The notes under the pieces are model-generated. The model saw nothing but the letters and a program-made list of their open reading frames with translations. It made no database searches and had not been told where the DNA came from. Shown here piece after piece: positions 8,950 to 19,904 of a DNA stretch of 32,000 nucleotides. The position numbers and the translations under genes are program-made. Position 1 is the stretch's first letter, and each line of letters opens with the position of its first letter. The DNA comes from Cuniculiplasma divulgatum (GTDB taxonomy: Archaea; Thermoplasmatota; Thermoplasmata; Thermoplasmatales; Thermoplasmataceae), in contig NZ_LT671858.1 in NCBI RefSeq assembly GCF_900083515.1, positions 840,001 to 872,000 on the forward strand. Reading direction: 5' to 3'.

Positions 8950-10008
8950 ATGAAGAGTCTTCCCGGGAAGTCAGTATACAATGGTCATTTACCATTAGGT
9001 TGCACCATGTGTGCAAAGGGGGCAAAGATGGTACTTTTCGTATCAGGGATATGTGATGCGAAGTGTTTTTATTGCCCATTATCAGAACAAAAAAAGATGA
9101 ATGACGTGATGTTTGCAGATGAAATGCCACTTGCAAATATGAAAGATGCCATTTTTGAAGCAAAGATGATCCAGGCTACCGGTACTGGAATCACGGGTGG
9201 TGATCCACTAAAGTTCTATGAGCGAACGGCTGAATATATCAAAATTTTGAAGGAGGAATTTGGAGATTCTCATCATATTCATTTATACACAATAAGCGGT
9301 TCCAAGGAAGCTATAGAAACTGTAGCAAAGGCATGTCTTGATGAAATAAGATTCCATCCTCCAGAGGAGATATGGCGTGTTATGGACCGTTCTATTTTCA
9401 AGGACAGGATAAAATGGTCCAGAGATATGGGAATGAGTGTTGGTATCGAGGTTCCAAGTCTTCCAGGAAGGTTTGAGGACACAAGAGCATTAATCGATTT
9501 CAGCAGGAAAATGGACCTTGATTTTATTAATCTCAATGAACTGGAATTCTCAGAAACGAATTATGAAAATCTTCTTGGCAAGAACTACAAAATTAAAAAT
9601 GATGTAGAATCTGGTGCGAAAGATTCACAAAAACTTGCCATAGATATGGTGAAGGAAAATCCTGATTTTACAGTTCACTACTGCTCCGCTTCTTTTAAGG
9701 ATGGAGTTCAGCTCAAGAATCGTCTTAAGAGGAGAGCAAAAAATGTGGCAAAGCCATATGACATAGTTACAAAGGATGGAACCATAATTAGGGGTATAAT
9801 TCAGGGCGGTCCTGTGGAGGAGATGGCTGAGGCACTTTTAAATATTGGAATTCCCAAAAATGAAATGCAGATAAATAAGATAAAGAGAAGAGTTGAGATA
9901 GCACCATGGATCGTTGATGATCTTAAGGGAAAACTTGATTATGAAATTTACCAGATAGAAGAATACCCAACGTGGGATGCCATAGAGGTCGAGAGGGTAA
10001 AAATTTAA
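8950..10008 (+). CDS. Radical SAM protein (archaeal family related to pyruvate formate-lyase activase)
   Basis: CDAKCFYCP is the CxxxCxxC 4Fe-4S/SAM motif. It is preceded by GCTMCAKGAKMVLFVSG and followed by ITGGDPL. Confidence 0.8.
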   Translation: MKSLPGKSVYNGHLPLGCTMCAKGAKMVLFVSGICDAKCFYCPLSEQKKMNDVMFADEMPLANMKDAIFEAKMIQATGTGITGGDPLKFYERTAEYIKILKEEFGDSHHIHLYTISGSKEAIETVAKACLDEIRFHPPEEIWRVMDRSIFKDRIKWSRDMGMSVGIEVPSLPGRFEDTRALIDFSRKMDLDFINLNELEFSETNYENLLGKNYKIKNDVESGAKDSQKLAIDMVKENPDFTVHYCSASFKDGVQLKNRLKRRAKNVAKPYDIVTKDGTIIRGIIQGGPVEEMAEALLNIGIPKNEMQINKIKRRVEIAPWIVDDLKGKLDYEIYQIEEYPTWDAIEVERVKI

Positions 10009-10028
10009 TAAGTTAGTGAAAACAGGAT

Positions 10029-10676
10029 TTAATCCTGTAGTTCTATTTTATCTATTTTTCTGTATGCCATTGAACCATCCATTACATCTTCAAATTTTTG
10101 AATTTTGAGGATCTTTTTATTAAATCCAATGACCAGAGATTCATATTCTCCCCCCTCTCCAGCAATGTTGATTCTCAAACTATTTCTCAGTTTTATCAGT
10201 TCAGAGATCATGTCCTGGTCAATCACCTTCCCAAGATTTTCATGTCCAAGGCCTTCCGCCGAAACGCTCACTATTATGGGTCTTATCCCTGAAAGAATTA
10301 CGCTTCTTAATTCATTTTCCTGATCCATAAGCCACAGCGGTGAATAGGATAGAAGGTTATTTTCAGTACAGAACTTTTCTATTCTAGTCTTCTGGAAATT
10401 TGATGCTATTGCCCCACTAATTATTGCCCTTGCACCTAACTTTTCCGCAAGACTTAGTAAATCTTTATAGAAATTGGTTTCGCTAATAAAAACTGTATCA
10501 AGTCCAATCAATTTTGCTACATATTTGGCAATTTTGTAATTAGGCACATGAAACATTTCAGAATACTTTACAGGCTCGACAGTTACACAGCATACTACCT
10601 CTAGACCCTGTTCCTGAGCTATAACTGTGGAAAGAAATGAATCTTTTCCACCTGATAATAATGAAATAGCTTTCAT
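10029..10676 (-). CDS. dph6: Diphthine-ammonia ligase / MJ0570-family PP-loop ATPase
   Basis: Trimmed to [16 protein letters not shown] (PP-loop SGGKDS). C-terminal [10 protein letters not shown] motif typical of the DUF71/Dph6 family. Confidence 0.8.
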   Translation of the reverse strand: MKAISLLSGGKDSFLSTVIAQEQGLEVVCCVTVEPVKYSEMFHVPNYKIAKYVAKLIGLDTVFISETNFYKDLLSLAEKLGARAIISGAIASNFQKTRIEKFCTENNLLSYSPLWLMDQENELRSVILSGIRPIIVSVSAEGLGHENLGKVIDQDMISELIKLRNSLRINIAGEGGEYESLVIGFNKKILKIQKFEDVMDGSMAYRKIDKIELQD

Positions 10677-10719
10677 ATTAAACTTAAATATCATTCTCAT
10701 ATATCATACTGGTGAGAAA

Positions 10720-11193
10720 ATGGTAGTAAAAGTCGGAGATATGGCACCAGATTTCGAATTGCCAGATGCAAAAAACAAGGTTAGAAAGTTATCGGAGTTT
10801 AGAGGAGGGAACGTAGTTCTTGCATTCTTCCCAGGAGCATTTACGGGTGTTTGCACAAAGGAAATGTGCGCATTCAGAGACTCTATGGCGGCATTCAATG
10901 ATATGAAGGCAAAGGTCCTGGGAATTAGCGTTGATACTCCATTTTCACTTGCGAAGTTTGCAGAAACAAACAATCTAAACTTTGATCTTCTCAGTGATCA
11001 CGGAAAACATGTAATCACTGAATATGGTATAGTCCACAAGAACTTTATAGGTCTTCCAAAGCTGGATGTTTCAAAAAGATCTGTATTTATACTTGATAAG
11101 ACTGGAAAGGTAGTATATGCATGGGTTTCAGAAGACCCTGGAAAGGAACCAGATTACCAGGTAATAAAGGACAAGCTTAAAACAATGAACTAA
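10720..11193 (+). CDS. Peroxiredoxin (AhpC/TSA, thiol peroxidase)
   Basis: Trimmed to [16 protein letters not shown]... with the active site [20 protein letters not shown] Shine-Dalgarno 6-10 nt upstream of the ATG at 10720. Confidence 0.88.
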   Translation: MVVKVGDMAPDFELPDAKNKVRKLSEFRGGNVVLAFFPGAFTGVCTKEMCAFRDSMAAFNDMKAKVLGISVDTPFSLAKFAETNNLNFDLLSDHGKHVITEYGIVHKNFIGLPKLDVSKRSVFILDKTGKVVYAWVSEDPGKEPDYQVIKDKLKTMN

Positions 11194-11216
11194 TTTTAAT
11201 CCATACCATTCTATTA

Positions 11217-11224
11217 TTTTTTTT
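11217..11224 (+). terminator. Oligo-T tract (T8) downstream of the peroxiredoxin gene
   Basis: Archaeal terminators are oligo-T runs. This one lies 24 nt after the stop codon in a convergent intergenic region. Confidence 0.3.
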
Positions 11225-11510
11225 AAATTCTAATACTTTTGGATAATATTCTAATAATCAGTTTTAATCAATTTTTTATATGTTCTTACATAAATTAAAT
11301 ACCGTAATAATTAATGCAAAAACGAGTGATAAAACAATAATCTATCCTGATAGTTATTAGCGAGGACAGATATACTGTTAAAACAAGTTTGAGAAAATTA
11401 AATTGAAGAAATTTATTCTCCATCGAGTCAGTATTTTAGAAAAACCTAATTTAGATACTATAAAGAAGTAAAAGTTAGGTAATTATATCAGATTTATTTA
11501 AAATAAATGT

Positions 11511-14500
11511 TTATGGTTTGTCTGAAAGTTTTGATGGCCACCAGTTATATTTCTTTATTATGGTCATGATTGCTGGAATGAAGAATGGCCAGCTAATGAA
11601 TGTGTCTATCAACACTCCTAGCCCAACTCCAATACCTATCTCCTGGACGAGTGGAATTGCACTGAAATAAAGCGCTGCGAATGTCACAAATAGTAATGTT
11701 CCAAGTAGCATGATCACGCTTCCATTTTCAGTGACACTGGTTACCACAGCATCTCTGAGACCGGATCCTTTCATTACTTCCTCTCTCACTCTTGTGATCA
11801 TAAATATGTCATAATCGAGACCTACGGCAAGTAAAGTTATAAAAACGAACACTGGCATGAATATAACGACTGGAAATCCCTGGAGATAGTGGAAAATAAC
11901 ATAGGAAACGGAAAGGGAAGCGAGTACAACTGCCATAACCATTATAATTAGCCTGAGAGGTGTAAGGACAGATGAGAGCTGTATTAGCAGTATTAAAAAT
12001 ATGGTTATAGCCAGAATTGGAAGGATTTCAGAAAATGATACCTGTGTTGTGTGCAAAGCATCTGATAAGCTCTGTGTTAAACCACCAACCGCCACACTGT
12101 ATGTCGTTTTCGCATCAGGTACAGCTTTAATGTTCCCATAGAGATTGGTTACAGTGTTAATTGCCTTATTGCCCCATCCTATATTGTATGTCTGAAATAC
12201 TATCTCGACGTAATTTGGGTTTGTGGTACTTATAAAAGTATTTGTCTGATTAATGTAAGTAGCAGCCGCTGCAGATGGAACATTGGATGGAACGTAACCG
12301 GTGTAGTATCCAAAAGGTCTTCCAGGTCCAAGTACTTCTGAGATACCTTTTGTATTAATAGTTGCGTTTTCTATTTGAAGAACAGTCGACATTTCTGCAG
12401 TGTTGAGAACTCCATTTGACACCAAAGGTTGTGGGAGCTGTACGATTTCAAAATCTCTATCGAAGAAATCTCCATTAAAGCTATCATTAACAACCTGAAT
12501 GGCAGATGTTGCGGGACTTTGAGGTAATAGTTTAAGTATGTCAATTCCCGAAGGCGTAACTTCATAAACAGTTAGTCCAAGTATTGATACTACCACAAAG
12601 ATAGCTACCATTGCTTTAATGTGTTTCGTTGAAAAAAGACCGATTGCATGTAGATGTTTATGACTACCTTCATGAAATTCTCCATTAGCAGTTTTCTTGA
12701 ATATTTTTGTTCCATACCTGTGAAGAATGGAAAGTAGTAGTGTATTGGCTACTAAAAGTGTAATTGTTACGCCTATTGCGTTAGCAAAGCCTGAATCGCT
12801 AAAAAAGGGTATATTTGCAAGCCAGAGAACAACTTCAGAAAGGATCACTGTGAGACCGGAAGTAAAGACAGCGTGACCAGCCCATCTTGCAGACATAACT
12901 GTTGGTCTTTCCGTTTTCTTTCGAAGCTCTGATCTGTATCTGGCCATTATGTAGACAGTATAGTCACTACTGAGCCCAAGGATAAATATCAATAATAGCG
13001 TGGGCGTTATGAAAGAGGCTTCAGTGTGTAAAACATAGGTATAGAGATATCCTACTATTCCAAGGGATACTACGGTAGAAACCATAAACATGAGTATGGG
13101 TATAAAGGCAGCCTTTACAGACCGGAAGAACAGTCCAACTATCAGAATCGAAATTAGTATACCAGCTCCCAGTGCTTTTATTAAACCAGAAGTAACCTCT
13201 CCTGATAACTGACTTGCGAGCTCATTTGATCCTGCTACCAGAAACTTGCTTCCTTTATACAGGGAGGAGGCATTATTAGCAATGGACTGAATTTTATTAC
13301 CAACCCTAGCAGAATAATTCCCCTTAAAGGTATAAATGAATATGGATGTACTGTGATTATAGCCCACAAAGTTATGATAAAGATACGGTGTCGGAACCAG
13401 AGGCAAATCCTGTAATGGATAAGAGGACATAAACTGGTTTACAACCGCCTTTACGGAGGTTGAATTAATAACTGAGCTAAGATAAGTCGATAGGAAGTTT
13501 TTATTCGCCTCAAATAGTGGGTTTCCTGCAAAATCTTTTAAACTAGACCTTACTGAAAGAAGATTTGCTATTGAATCAAGCTGTAGCTTAGTTGCTGGCT
13601 GGCTGAGGTTATATGCCATACCGGCAAATTGAATTATTGAAGTATTATCCGTAGAAACAATTAAAGTCTTAATTTTAGAAAAGGAATTTCCCGATTCCTC
13701 CTTAAGAAGTTGGATAGAAAGGTTTACATTCTCACTTAAAGGGCTTGATACGTATCTGGTTAGATTCTGGTGAACTATTATAAATTGACCTATTGGGTAT
13801 AGACCATAACTACTTAGGGATGCATTAAAAGATGAATCCTTAAGACTAAGTTCTGAGCCGACCTGCATAATGGCATTTAATTGGTTCACATTGCTTGATG
13901 TTAATGTCGAATTCACATATTTCGAGAACAGGTTGGTGTATGCTTTCTGTAAATTGAATACAGGACTATTCGAGGGCAACTCCTGAATCACTGTATTATA
14001 TGCTAGGGATTCGGATTCAGTCACGTTTCTTCCATTAATATAAGCGTTATTTAAGGACAGAAAATAGATCTCTTCCGGACCCAAAAATATAGGGCTTGTT
14101 TTGTTTATTCCGGATCCAAGTTCGTTCATATTCTTTGTAATATTATAGTTGGCGGAAATCAATTTAAGTATCCCGTTAGTGTAGTTTTGTAGCGTATCTC
14201 TCTCAGTGACAATAATGTTTTCTGTTCCTGTATAATTTTTAGTTGTTTTCAGATACTTATTCATTTCACTTTGAAAACTTATAAGTGCATTCATTCCCTG
14301 AGAGGTGGTTGTTGTAATATTTTGTGAAACAATTATTAATTCTGATGTGTTGGTAGACTGTCCTGCGGCAGATGGACTAAAATATTTAGATACTTCAGAA
14401 GTGGCGTTACCAGACATTGTTTTACTAGAACCAAACCCACTGGTAATATCGAAGCTAGTGTGTGAAAAGACTAGAAGCGCACCATAACCCATCAACACGA

Positions 14501-14582
14501 TCAAAACTATCCATATAACAATAATTTTTCCGCTATTCTTTGATACACCTTTGCCAATCCTCTCAAAGACGGACTCAAACAT
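11511..14582 (-). CDS. MMPL/RND-superfamily membrane exporter
   Basis: Two hydrophobic six-helix blocks. Each is followed by the MMPL signature (GLSSDYTVYIMARYRSE and AVGLDYDIFMITRVREE) and preceded by a large sequon-rich extracytoplasmic loop. The start could also be the ATG at 14603. Confidence 0.88.
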   Translation of the reverse strand: MFESVFERIGKGVSKNSGKIIVIWIVLIVLMGYGALLVFSHTSFDITSGFGSSKTMSGNATSEVSKYFSPSAAGQSTNTSELIIVSQNITTTTSQGMNALISFQSEMNKYLKTTKNYTGTENIIVTERDTLQNYTNGILKLISANYNITKNMNELGSGINKTSPIFLGPEEIYFLSLNNAYINGRNVTESESLAYNTVIQELPSNSPVFNLQKAYTNLFSKYVNSTLTSSNVNQLNAIMQVGSELSLKDSSFNASLSSYGLYPIGQFIIVHQNLTRYVSSPLSENVNLSIQLLKEESGNSFSKIKTLIVSTDNTSIIQFAGMAYNLSQPATKLQLDSIANLLSVRSSLKDFAGNPLFEANKNFLSTYLSSVINSTSVKAVVNQFMSSYPLQDLPLVPTPYLYHNFVGYNHSTSIFIYTFKGNYSARVGNKIQSIANNASSLYKGSKFLVAGSNELASQLSGEVTSGLIKALGAGILISILIVGLFFRSVKAAFIPILMFMVSTVVSLGIVGYLYTYVLHTEASFITPTLLLIFILGLSSDYTVYIMARYRSELRKKTERPTVMSARWAGHAVFTSGLTVILSEVVLWLANIPFFSDSGFANAIGVTITLLVANTLLLSILHRYGTKIFKKTANGEFHEGSHKHLHAIGLFSTKHIKAMVAIFVVVSILGLTVYEVTPSGIDILKLLPQSPATSAIQVVNDSFNGDFFDRDFEIVQLPQPLVSNGVLNTAEMSTVLQIENATINTKGISEVLGPGRPFGYYTGYVPSNVPSAAAATYINQTNTFISTTNPNYVEIVFQTYNIGWGNKAINTVTNLYGNIKAVPDAKTTYSVAVGGLTQSLSDALHTTQVSFSEILPILAITIFLILLIQLSSVLTPLRLIIMVMAVVLASLSVSYVIFHYLQGFPVVIFMPVFVFITLLAVGLDYDIFMITRVREEVMKGSGLRDAVVTSVTENGSVIMLLGTLLFVTFAALYFSAIPLVQEIGIGVGLGVLIDTFISWPFFIPAIMTIIKKYNWWPSKLSDKP

Positions 14583-14881
14583 ACACCCTAATTTTATTAA
14601 CATATTAATGATTTACTAATTAAAGAAAATGGAGACATTCAGTGGAATATTTTTAGAAGTCTTCAAAGAAGTTATCTATAAACTTGATTGATATTGAATT
14701 CCCTAATCAAATTTTAAAATTTGGATTTTCTATGGAAAAACATTAGACTTAATTTCATCAATTATTGCAATCTTTTTCTTAAAGGTTAATTGCGGAAATA
14801 CACTTATTATGTGAAAAATATCTATAATCAGGCAATGTTAAAAAATATTTTTCACTCACCTTCCAGCAAGCTTTAGTATGT

Positions 14882-14889
14882 TTTATGTA
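14882..14889 (+). promoter_or_regulatory. TATA-like box (TTTATGTA) for tRNA-Leu(CAG)
   Basis: The box ends 26 nt upstream of the tRNA 5' end, which fits archaeal TATA-to-TSS spacing. Confidence 0.35.
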
Positions 14890-14914
14890 TTACAGATCAA
14901 TAACACTTTGTTTT

Positions 14915-14999
14915 GCGGAGGTTGTCGAGCATGGTCAAAGGCGATGGATTCAGGGTCCATTCCTGCAGGGGTTCGCCGGTTCAAATCCGGCCCTCCGCA
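14915..14999 (+). tRNA. tRNA-Leu (anticodon CAG), class II, no encoded CCA
   Basis: Hand fold. Same acceptor stem as the CAA isoacceptor (GCGGAGG/CCTCCGC plus A). Anticodon stem ATGGA/TCCAT with loop TTCAGGG. T arm GCCGG-TTCAAAT-CCGGC. Confidence 0.92.
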
Positions 15000-15060
15000 T
15001 CTGATTATAAATAAAAATGTGAACATGAGTAGTTCTATATTATATTTAGAAATCTTATTA

Positions 15061-18000
15061 TTACCATTCACGGAAGGAATCTTTTAATTTTTTTCTGCGC
15101 CTTCTTCCTCTGAAATATGAAATCATTGCATAAATGTAGAACAGTATTCCCATATAAATTAATATGTTAAGGAAAAGGTATATTGGAGATTCATATGAAA
15201 TTGTTCGCACATTAGAGTTTACAGTAGCACCGCCATCCAGCACTGCTATTACCTTAAAGTAATATTTTGAATCTGGGTAAATTCCATTTATGAATGCAAT
15301 ATTATTTGAATGTCCGGACATTCTGACCTTGTTCCAACTTAATTGACCTGATGTACGGTATTCCACTATATAGTAAGAAACGGTTGAAGACGAAAAAGAG
15401 ATTGACCAAGAGATAAATGAAGTAAAGAAAAATAACGGAATCAATCTATCAATAGTTATTGATAGGGCGGATTCTAGGAGAGAGCTGATATTTGGCTGAA
15501 GCAATATAAGCTGATCTACCTTATTCTGTTCCAGTGTATAATTAGTTTTTGTTGAATAGAAATATCTAGCGTCAGTAGTTACCTGATCTTTTCCAGTTGG
15601 TAACCAAATGGAAAAATACCCAAATCTATCAGAAGAAGCATTAATATCACTGTAGGATATCTTTGCGGAAGCTATAGGTATAGTGATGCTGTATTCCGCG
15701 TCATAATAACCGTTTGCAACTGTTCCATTTAGGTAATAGCCATTTCCATTTCCACCTAAGGAGAAGGGAAGGTAAGTCACATTGAACCCTGGTTTTAGTC
15801 TCAGGAATCCTGATGTGTTTTTATATCCATTTTTTGTGGATTTAATAGTGAAATTAATAAACTGAGGGATCACCGAATAAACTATTATTCCATTATGGTC
15901 TAATATTTCTGATCCATTTGACAGACTTAACTTGGCTCCAATAGGCGATATATCAAATGATAAATTGACTGGTATTTCCTGTTCTCTAACTTTAGTATCA
16001 GAATTCGCAAAGTGAGATGTATTTGTTCTAAAGCCCATTGAATTAGTTGTGAGATTGGTACAAGATCCTAGTGATGAAAATCCAGTAGTATCGTTTAATC
16101 TGAGATTGGAAGTGTAATCAATGATTGATGTAAAGTTGTTGCTGTAATTAGAGTCTGCAGGATAAGAGAAATGTAAATGCAAAGAGCTGACGGATGGTAA
16201 ATCTATATCAAACTGAAATGTCATTTTTAGTTGACGGTAAAACCTTATTTTCAGGGATTCACCAGAATTTACCTGAATTGTCCTGGAATTTTCTATTTTT
16301 CCATTAAGAGTTACAGTGTTACCGCCAGTATTGGAAATATATATAAACATCGGACTTGATTGATTTAACTCTATGGATGGATAAGCGCCACTATTTTTCT
16401 CAAATGATCCTGAAGGATTGGATGAATTATAAGAGAATTCTATGGAGTTACTGGTATTTTTAATTTGTAGAGTAGAACATGCAGTTTCATTAAAAGGATA
16501 AATTGGTTTACCTGAAACTGGTTGAGTTACTGATAAATATCCATTGTTGAAGACATTTTCAGATGAAGAAGCAGTTCCACTGTTGAGAGGCTTTCCTTCT
16601 CCACTGCTGAACTCAAATATAAAACTGGCATTGGTACCATAAATTGACTGTGGAAAGACCTGCAAATCCTTTGTCGTATTACCTACTGTTATCGTCAGTT
16701 TATCCACTTTGAGCTGAACCACTACTTTTTTTGATAATATTTTTTCTGTACCCAAATTTCTTAAATAAATATAATTTCCAGCCTTGAATGATTCATATAT
16801 TGAATTACCTATCTGGCACAGTCCTGCTCTGATAGTAGAACCGTAAGAACCAATGGTAAGCCCAGCGAAGGAGATGTATTGGCTGGAAGCAGATGTTAAT
16901 GGTGACATCGAAACTTCTGTGTTGAAGTTTACATAAGATGTATTAATCTGGCCATATGTCACGCTGTAGCCATAATATGAATAAATTTGTGATATATCTT
17001 TTGCAAGTAATCCAGCATTAATAGACCCAAGGCCTGTTACCGGATTCCATCCGTATGTTGCTGTGTAATAGCCATTACTCCCACCTACTGCAGGAATTAT
17101 AGCCTTTCCGTACTGGTTAGTTCTTGAAAGGTTAAAAAGTAGTGGATTTATGAAACCAAGTTTTCCATGAAGATCCTGATCTATTAGTATAAAAGAACCT
17201 GCAGTAATCGGTGTTGCGAGGCTAGTACCTCCAAGCGTTATAGCATTTCCCCTTGAAAAGACAGTCACCCCACCATCATTAGGATTAGCTACTGCAGATA
17301 TATCTGGTACCCCTAAGGATTGTCCGTGAAAACCGGTCGCATTCTGATAATTAGGTGCTGAAAAGGCTGTACTGTAACCACCACCACTTCCGCTCCATGA
17401 TGTCTGTGTATATTTTCCATCTGCATAATTTAAAGTAGTACCGCCTACTGATGTTACATATGGATCTCCGGCTGGAAAGTTAACTGTCAAAGCTTTTGTT
17501 GCATCATAGGCTCCCTGATCACCCGATGCTGCAAATATGTGAATGTCCTTTTTGTTTGCTTCAAGAAATGCTTGATTATAGGTATACATTAATCCATTAG
17601 AAAGAGAGGACTCTGCAATTCCCCAGCTCATACTTAGACCATTGACGTTACTGATATTATTTATTGTATCGTTTACCCCACCTTGAAGATATCCAACTTC
17701 AGCATTTGGAACTATGATTAGATCTATATGTGCTCTTGGAGCTATCGCATGAAACCACTCAACGTCAGTTGCGGTTTCAAGGGACCAGCTGGAATTAAGA
17801 TTCTTAGGTGACCCATATGGATAGTAGTAGGATATGTTCGCAGTAGGTAGATTATATAGGGAATTGAATGATTCAAGGTCATAATTGAGGGATGGGTCTC
17901 CGAAAGCATCAACAATAGCAATTGTAAAACCCTGGCCACATGTATCGTTTTGGTAAAATCCGGTTAGATTATAAGCTTGTCTTATTTGAGAAACATTATA

Positions 18001-18225
18001 TGGAAAACCCTGGCCTACCAGCTGTGGTTTCTGTTTTAAAATAGCAAGCTGTGGTGAGGCATTAACATTCCATGCGAGACCACTGCGACTTGTGTTAGTA
18101 GTTGTTAGATTTTTGTAATTATATTTTGCATTATCTACAGAGGAAGTGCTGGATAAAGATATGACGGTAAATCCTGAAGCAATCATCAGGAATATAATTG
18201 AAATGACAACTAGTTTTCTGAACAT
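15061..18225 (-). CDS. Secreted S53 (sedolisin/kumamolisin-type) serine-carboxyl peptidase with a long C-terminal beta-rich region and TM anchor
   Basis: Signal peptide MFRKLVVISIIFLMIASGFTV. Sedolisin blocks IAIVDAFGDP, ETATDVEWFHAIAP, SMSWG, AASGDQG, PYVTSVGGT and GGTSLATP (catalytic Ser). C-terminal TM helix plus RGRRRRKK. Confidence 0.9.
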   Translation of the reverse strand: MFRKLVVISIIFLMIASGFTVISLSSTSSVDNAKYNYKNLTTTNTSRSGLAWNVNASPQLAILKQKPQLVGQGFPYNVSQIRQAYNLTGFYQNDTCGQGFTIAIVDAFGDPSLNYDLESFNSLYNLPTANISYYYPYGSPKNLNSSWSLETATDVEWFHAIAPRAHIDLIIVPNAEVGYLQGGVNDTINNISNVNGLSMSWGIAESSLSNGLMYTYNQAFLEANKKDIHIFAASGDQGAYDATKALTVNFPAGDPYVTSVGGTTLNYADGKYTQTSWSGSGGGYSTAFSAPNYQNATGFHGQSLGVPDISAVANPNDGGVTVFSRGNAITLGGTSLATPITAGSFILIDQDLHGKLGFINPLLFNLSRTNQYGKAIIPAVGGSNGYYTATYGWNPVTGLGSINAGLLAKDISQIYSYYGYSVTYGQINTSYVNFNTEVSMSPLTSASSQYISFAGLTIGSYGSTIRAGLCQIGNSIYESFKAGNYIYLRNLGTEKILSKKVVVQLKVDKLTITVGNTTKDLQVFPQSIYGTNASFIFEFSSGEGKPLNSGTASSSENVFNNGYLSVTQPVSGKPIYPFNETACSTLQIKNTSNSIEFSYNSSNPSGSFEKNSGAYPSIELNQSSPMFIYISNTGGNTVTLNGKIENSRTIQVNSGESLKIRFYRQLKMTFQFDIDLPSVSSLHLHFSYPADSNYSNNFTSIIDYTSNLRLNDTTGFSSLGSCTNLTTNSMGFRTNTSHFANSDTKVREQEIPVNLSFDISPIGAKLSLSNGSEILDHNGIIVYSVIPQFINFTIKSTKNGYKNTSGFLRLKPGFNVTYLPFSLGGNGNGYYLNGTVANGYYDAEYSITIPIASAKISYSDINASSDRFGYFSIWLPTGKDQVTTDARYFYSTKTNYTLEQNKVDQLILLQPNISSLLESALSITIDRLIPLFFFTSFISWSISFSSSTVSYYIVEYRTSGQLSWNKVRMSGHSNNIAFINGIYPDSKYYFKVIAVLDGGATVNSNVRTISYESPIYLFLNILIYMGILFYIYAMISYFRGRRRRKKLKDSFREW

Positions 18226-18275
18226 GATTTTCCCGTATTGGAAATTTTATTAATATATGTATCACTTTCTGTTTA

Positions 18276-19406
18276 TTGGACGAAAAAAAATTTTTGACTA
18301 AAAAATTCAGGGAATATTACTATCAGAATAAACAGGTATATACAGAACAGTTAAACAAAAGGGAAATCGGTTTCATACCATTCGAAGGAACAATGATTAG
18401 ACATAGAAAAGTTGAAGATTTACTGGATCTACAGAATTTTCTCATGGATAACATTCCAAGACATCTTTATCACTCTGTTGCTTACTACAAGTACCCTGAT
18501 AAAAGGTCAATGCAGGAAAAAGAGTGGAATGGGGCAGAATATGTATTTGATCTGGACGCAGACCACATTCCGGGTGCAGATCAAATGTCCTATGAACAGA
18601 TTCTAAGGGAAGTGAAAGATCACACCTTGAGGCTTTTGAATAAATTTCTTATTGGATATTTGGATTTAGATCCTGAGAGTCTTAATATTTATTTTTCGGG
18701 GGCAAGGGGTTACCACATTCATATAAAAAGTGATAAAATTTACCAGATGAACTCTGATCAGAGAAGGGAGATTTCTAATCTTGTCAGGGGAGAGGGCATA
18801 TCAATCAAATCCTTTTTAGGCATAGCATCGAAAACTCCCATTACTGGAAAAGGTTGGATATCAGATATAAACAGCGAATTGATAGATACACTTAACAAAA
18901 TCGCACAGGGGGAAAAAACGGAATATGTAGACAGAGTCGGGGAAGATAAGATAAAGCAGTTGCTTGATAGGACTATATCAGCAAAGGATAAGAGGAAGTA
19001 CAGACAAATCTATATGGAACAGGGGATTGAAAAGTACAGTAACACTAACATAAAAATGATTGAAAATCTACTTGAGAAAATTATAAGTGAATATGTTAAA
19101 AAAAATTCAGTAGAAATTGATGAACCCGTTTCAACTGATATTCATAGACTGATCAGGTTTCCATATAGCCTTCATGGAAAAACTGGGTTAATTGTAAGAA
19201 AAATAGATATAGATTCACTTAAAACATTCGAACCCCTGAGTGAGGCAATTCCAAATATATTTGGGGATGATCCGATCGGAGTAAGGATGAAAAAACCTTT
19301 TGAAATAAATTTCAATAGAATTCATTATAAATTAGAAGAGGAAGATACAGTTCCATCCAATCTGGCAATATTTTTATCTCTTTCTGGAAGAGCTAATATA
19401 TATTAA
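18276..19406 (+). CDS. priS: DNA primase small (catalytic) subunit PriS
   Basis: TTG start. AEP-primase motifs YVFDLDADH (DxD) and FSGARGYHIHI, plus VSTDIHRLIRFPYSLHGKTG. Confidence 0.9.
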   Translation: MDEKKFLTKKFREYYYQNKQVYTEQLNKREIGFIPFEGTMIRHRKVEDLLDLQNFLMDNIPRHLYHSVAYYKYPDKRSMQEKEWNGAEYVFDLDADHIPGADQMSYEQILREVKDHTLRLLNKFLIGYLDLDPESLNIYFSGARGYHIHIKSDKIYQMNSDQRREISNLVRGEGISIKSFLGIASKTPITGKGWISDINSELIDTLNKIAQGEKTEYVDRVGEDKIKQLLDRTISAKDKRKYRQIYMEQGIEKYSNTNIKMIENLLEKIISEYVKKNSVEIDEPVSTDIHRLIRFPYSLHGKTGLIVRKIDIDSLKTFEPLSEAIPNIFGDDPIGVRMKKPFEINFNRIHYKLEEEDTVPSNLAIFLSLSGRANIY

Positions 19407-19473
19407 TTATTATTTGATAGTAAATTAAAGAAAATTAAATATACGTAAACTCAATGTAGAAAACGGTGGAAAA

Positions 19474-19899
19474 ATGGAATTAAAAAATACCAAGACTTTA
19501 GAAAATTTGAAGGCAGGTTTTGCTGGAGAAAGTCAGGCTAACAGAAGATACCTTTATTTTGCCCTGAAGGCAGACGAAGAGGGACAGCAGGAAATAGCAC
19601 AGGTTTTTAGATCAACAGCAGACGGTGAGACTGCACATGCTTTCGGTCATCTTAAATATCTGGCACTCGTAGGGGACCCAGTAACCAACGAGCCAATTGG
19701 AACAACCGAGCAAAACCTAAAGTCAGCCATAGCTGGAGAAACATATGAATACAGTCAGATGTACCCCGGCTTTGCAAAGGATGCAAGAGAAGAGCATTTA
19801 GACGAAATCGCCCACTGGTTTGAAATACTATCGAAGGCCGAAAAATCACACGCAACAAAATATGAAAAGACTCTCGCCGAAATGAAGAAAAGCCAGTGA
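19474..19899 (+). CDS. Rubrerythrin-family diiron protein without a rubredoxin domain (sulerythrin-like)
   Basis: Four-helix diiron ligand motifs ESQANRRY, GETAHAFGH, GETYEY and AEKSHATKY. The 141 aa leave no room for a C-terminal CxxC rubredoxin module. Confidence 0.88.
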   Translation: MELKNTKTLENLKAGFAGESQANRRYLYFALKADEEGQQEIAQVFRSTADGETAHAFGHLKYLALVGDPVTNEPIGTTEQNLKSAIAGETYEYSQMYPGFAKDAREEHLDEIAHWFEILSKAEKSHATKYEKTLAEMKKSQ

Positions 19900-19904
19900 T
19901 TGGA

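Noticed and set aside
4084-14914. The whole interval between the two tRNA-Leu genes, considered as a genomic island bounded by repeated tRNA ends
   Set aside because: It contains core housekeeping genes (purB, dph6, a peroxiredoxin, an MMPL exporter) and no integrase. Only 4.1-6.9 kb looks accessory.
14878-15087. ORFs 14878..15087 (+) and 14883..15071 (-)
   Set aside because: Both run straight through the tRNA-Leu(CAG) gene (14915-14999). The tRNA fold is far better supported.
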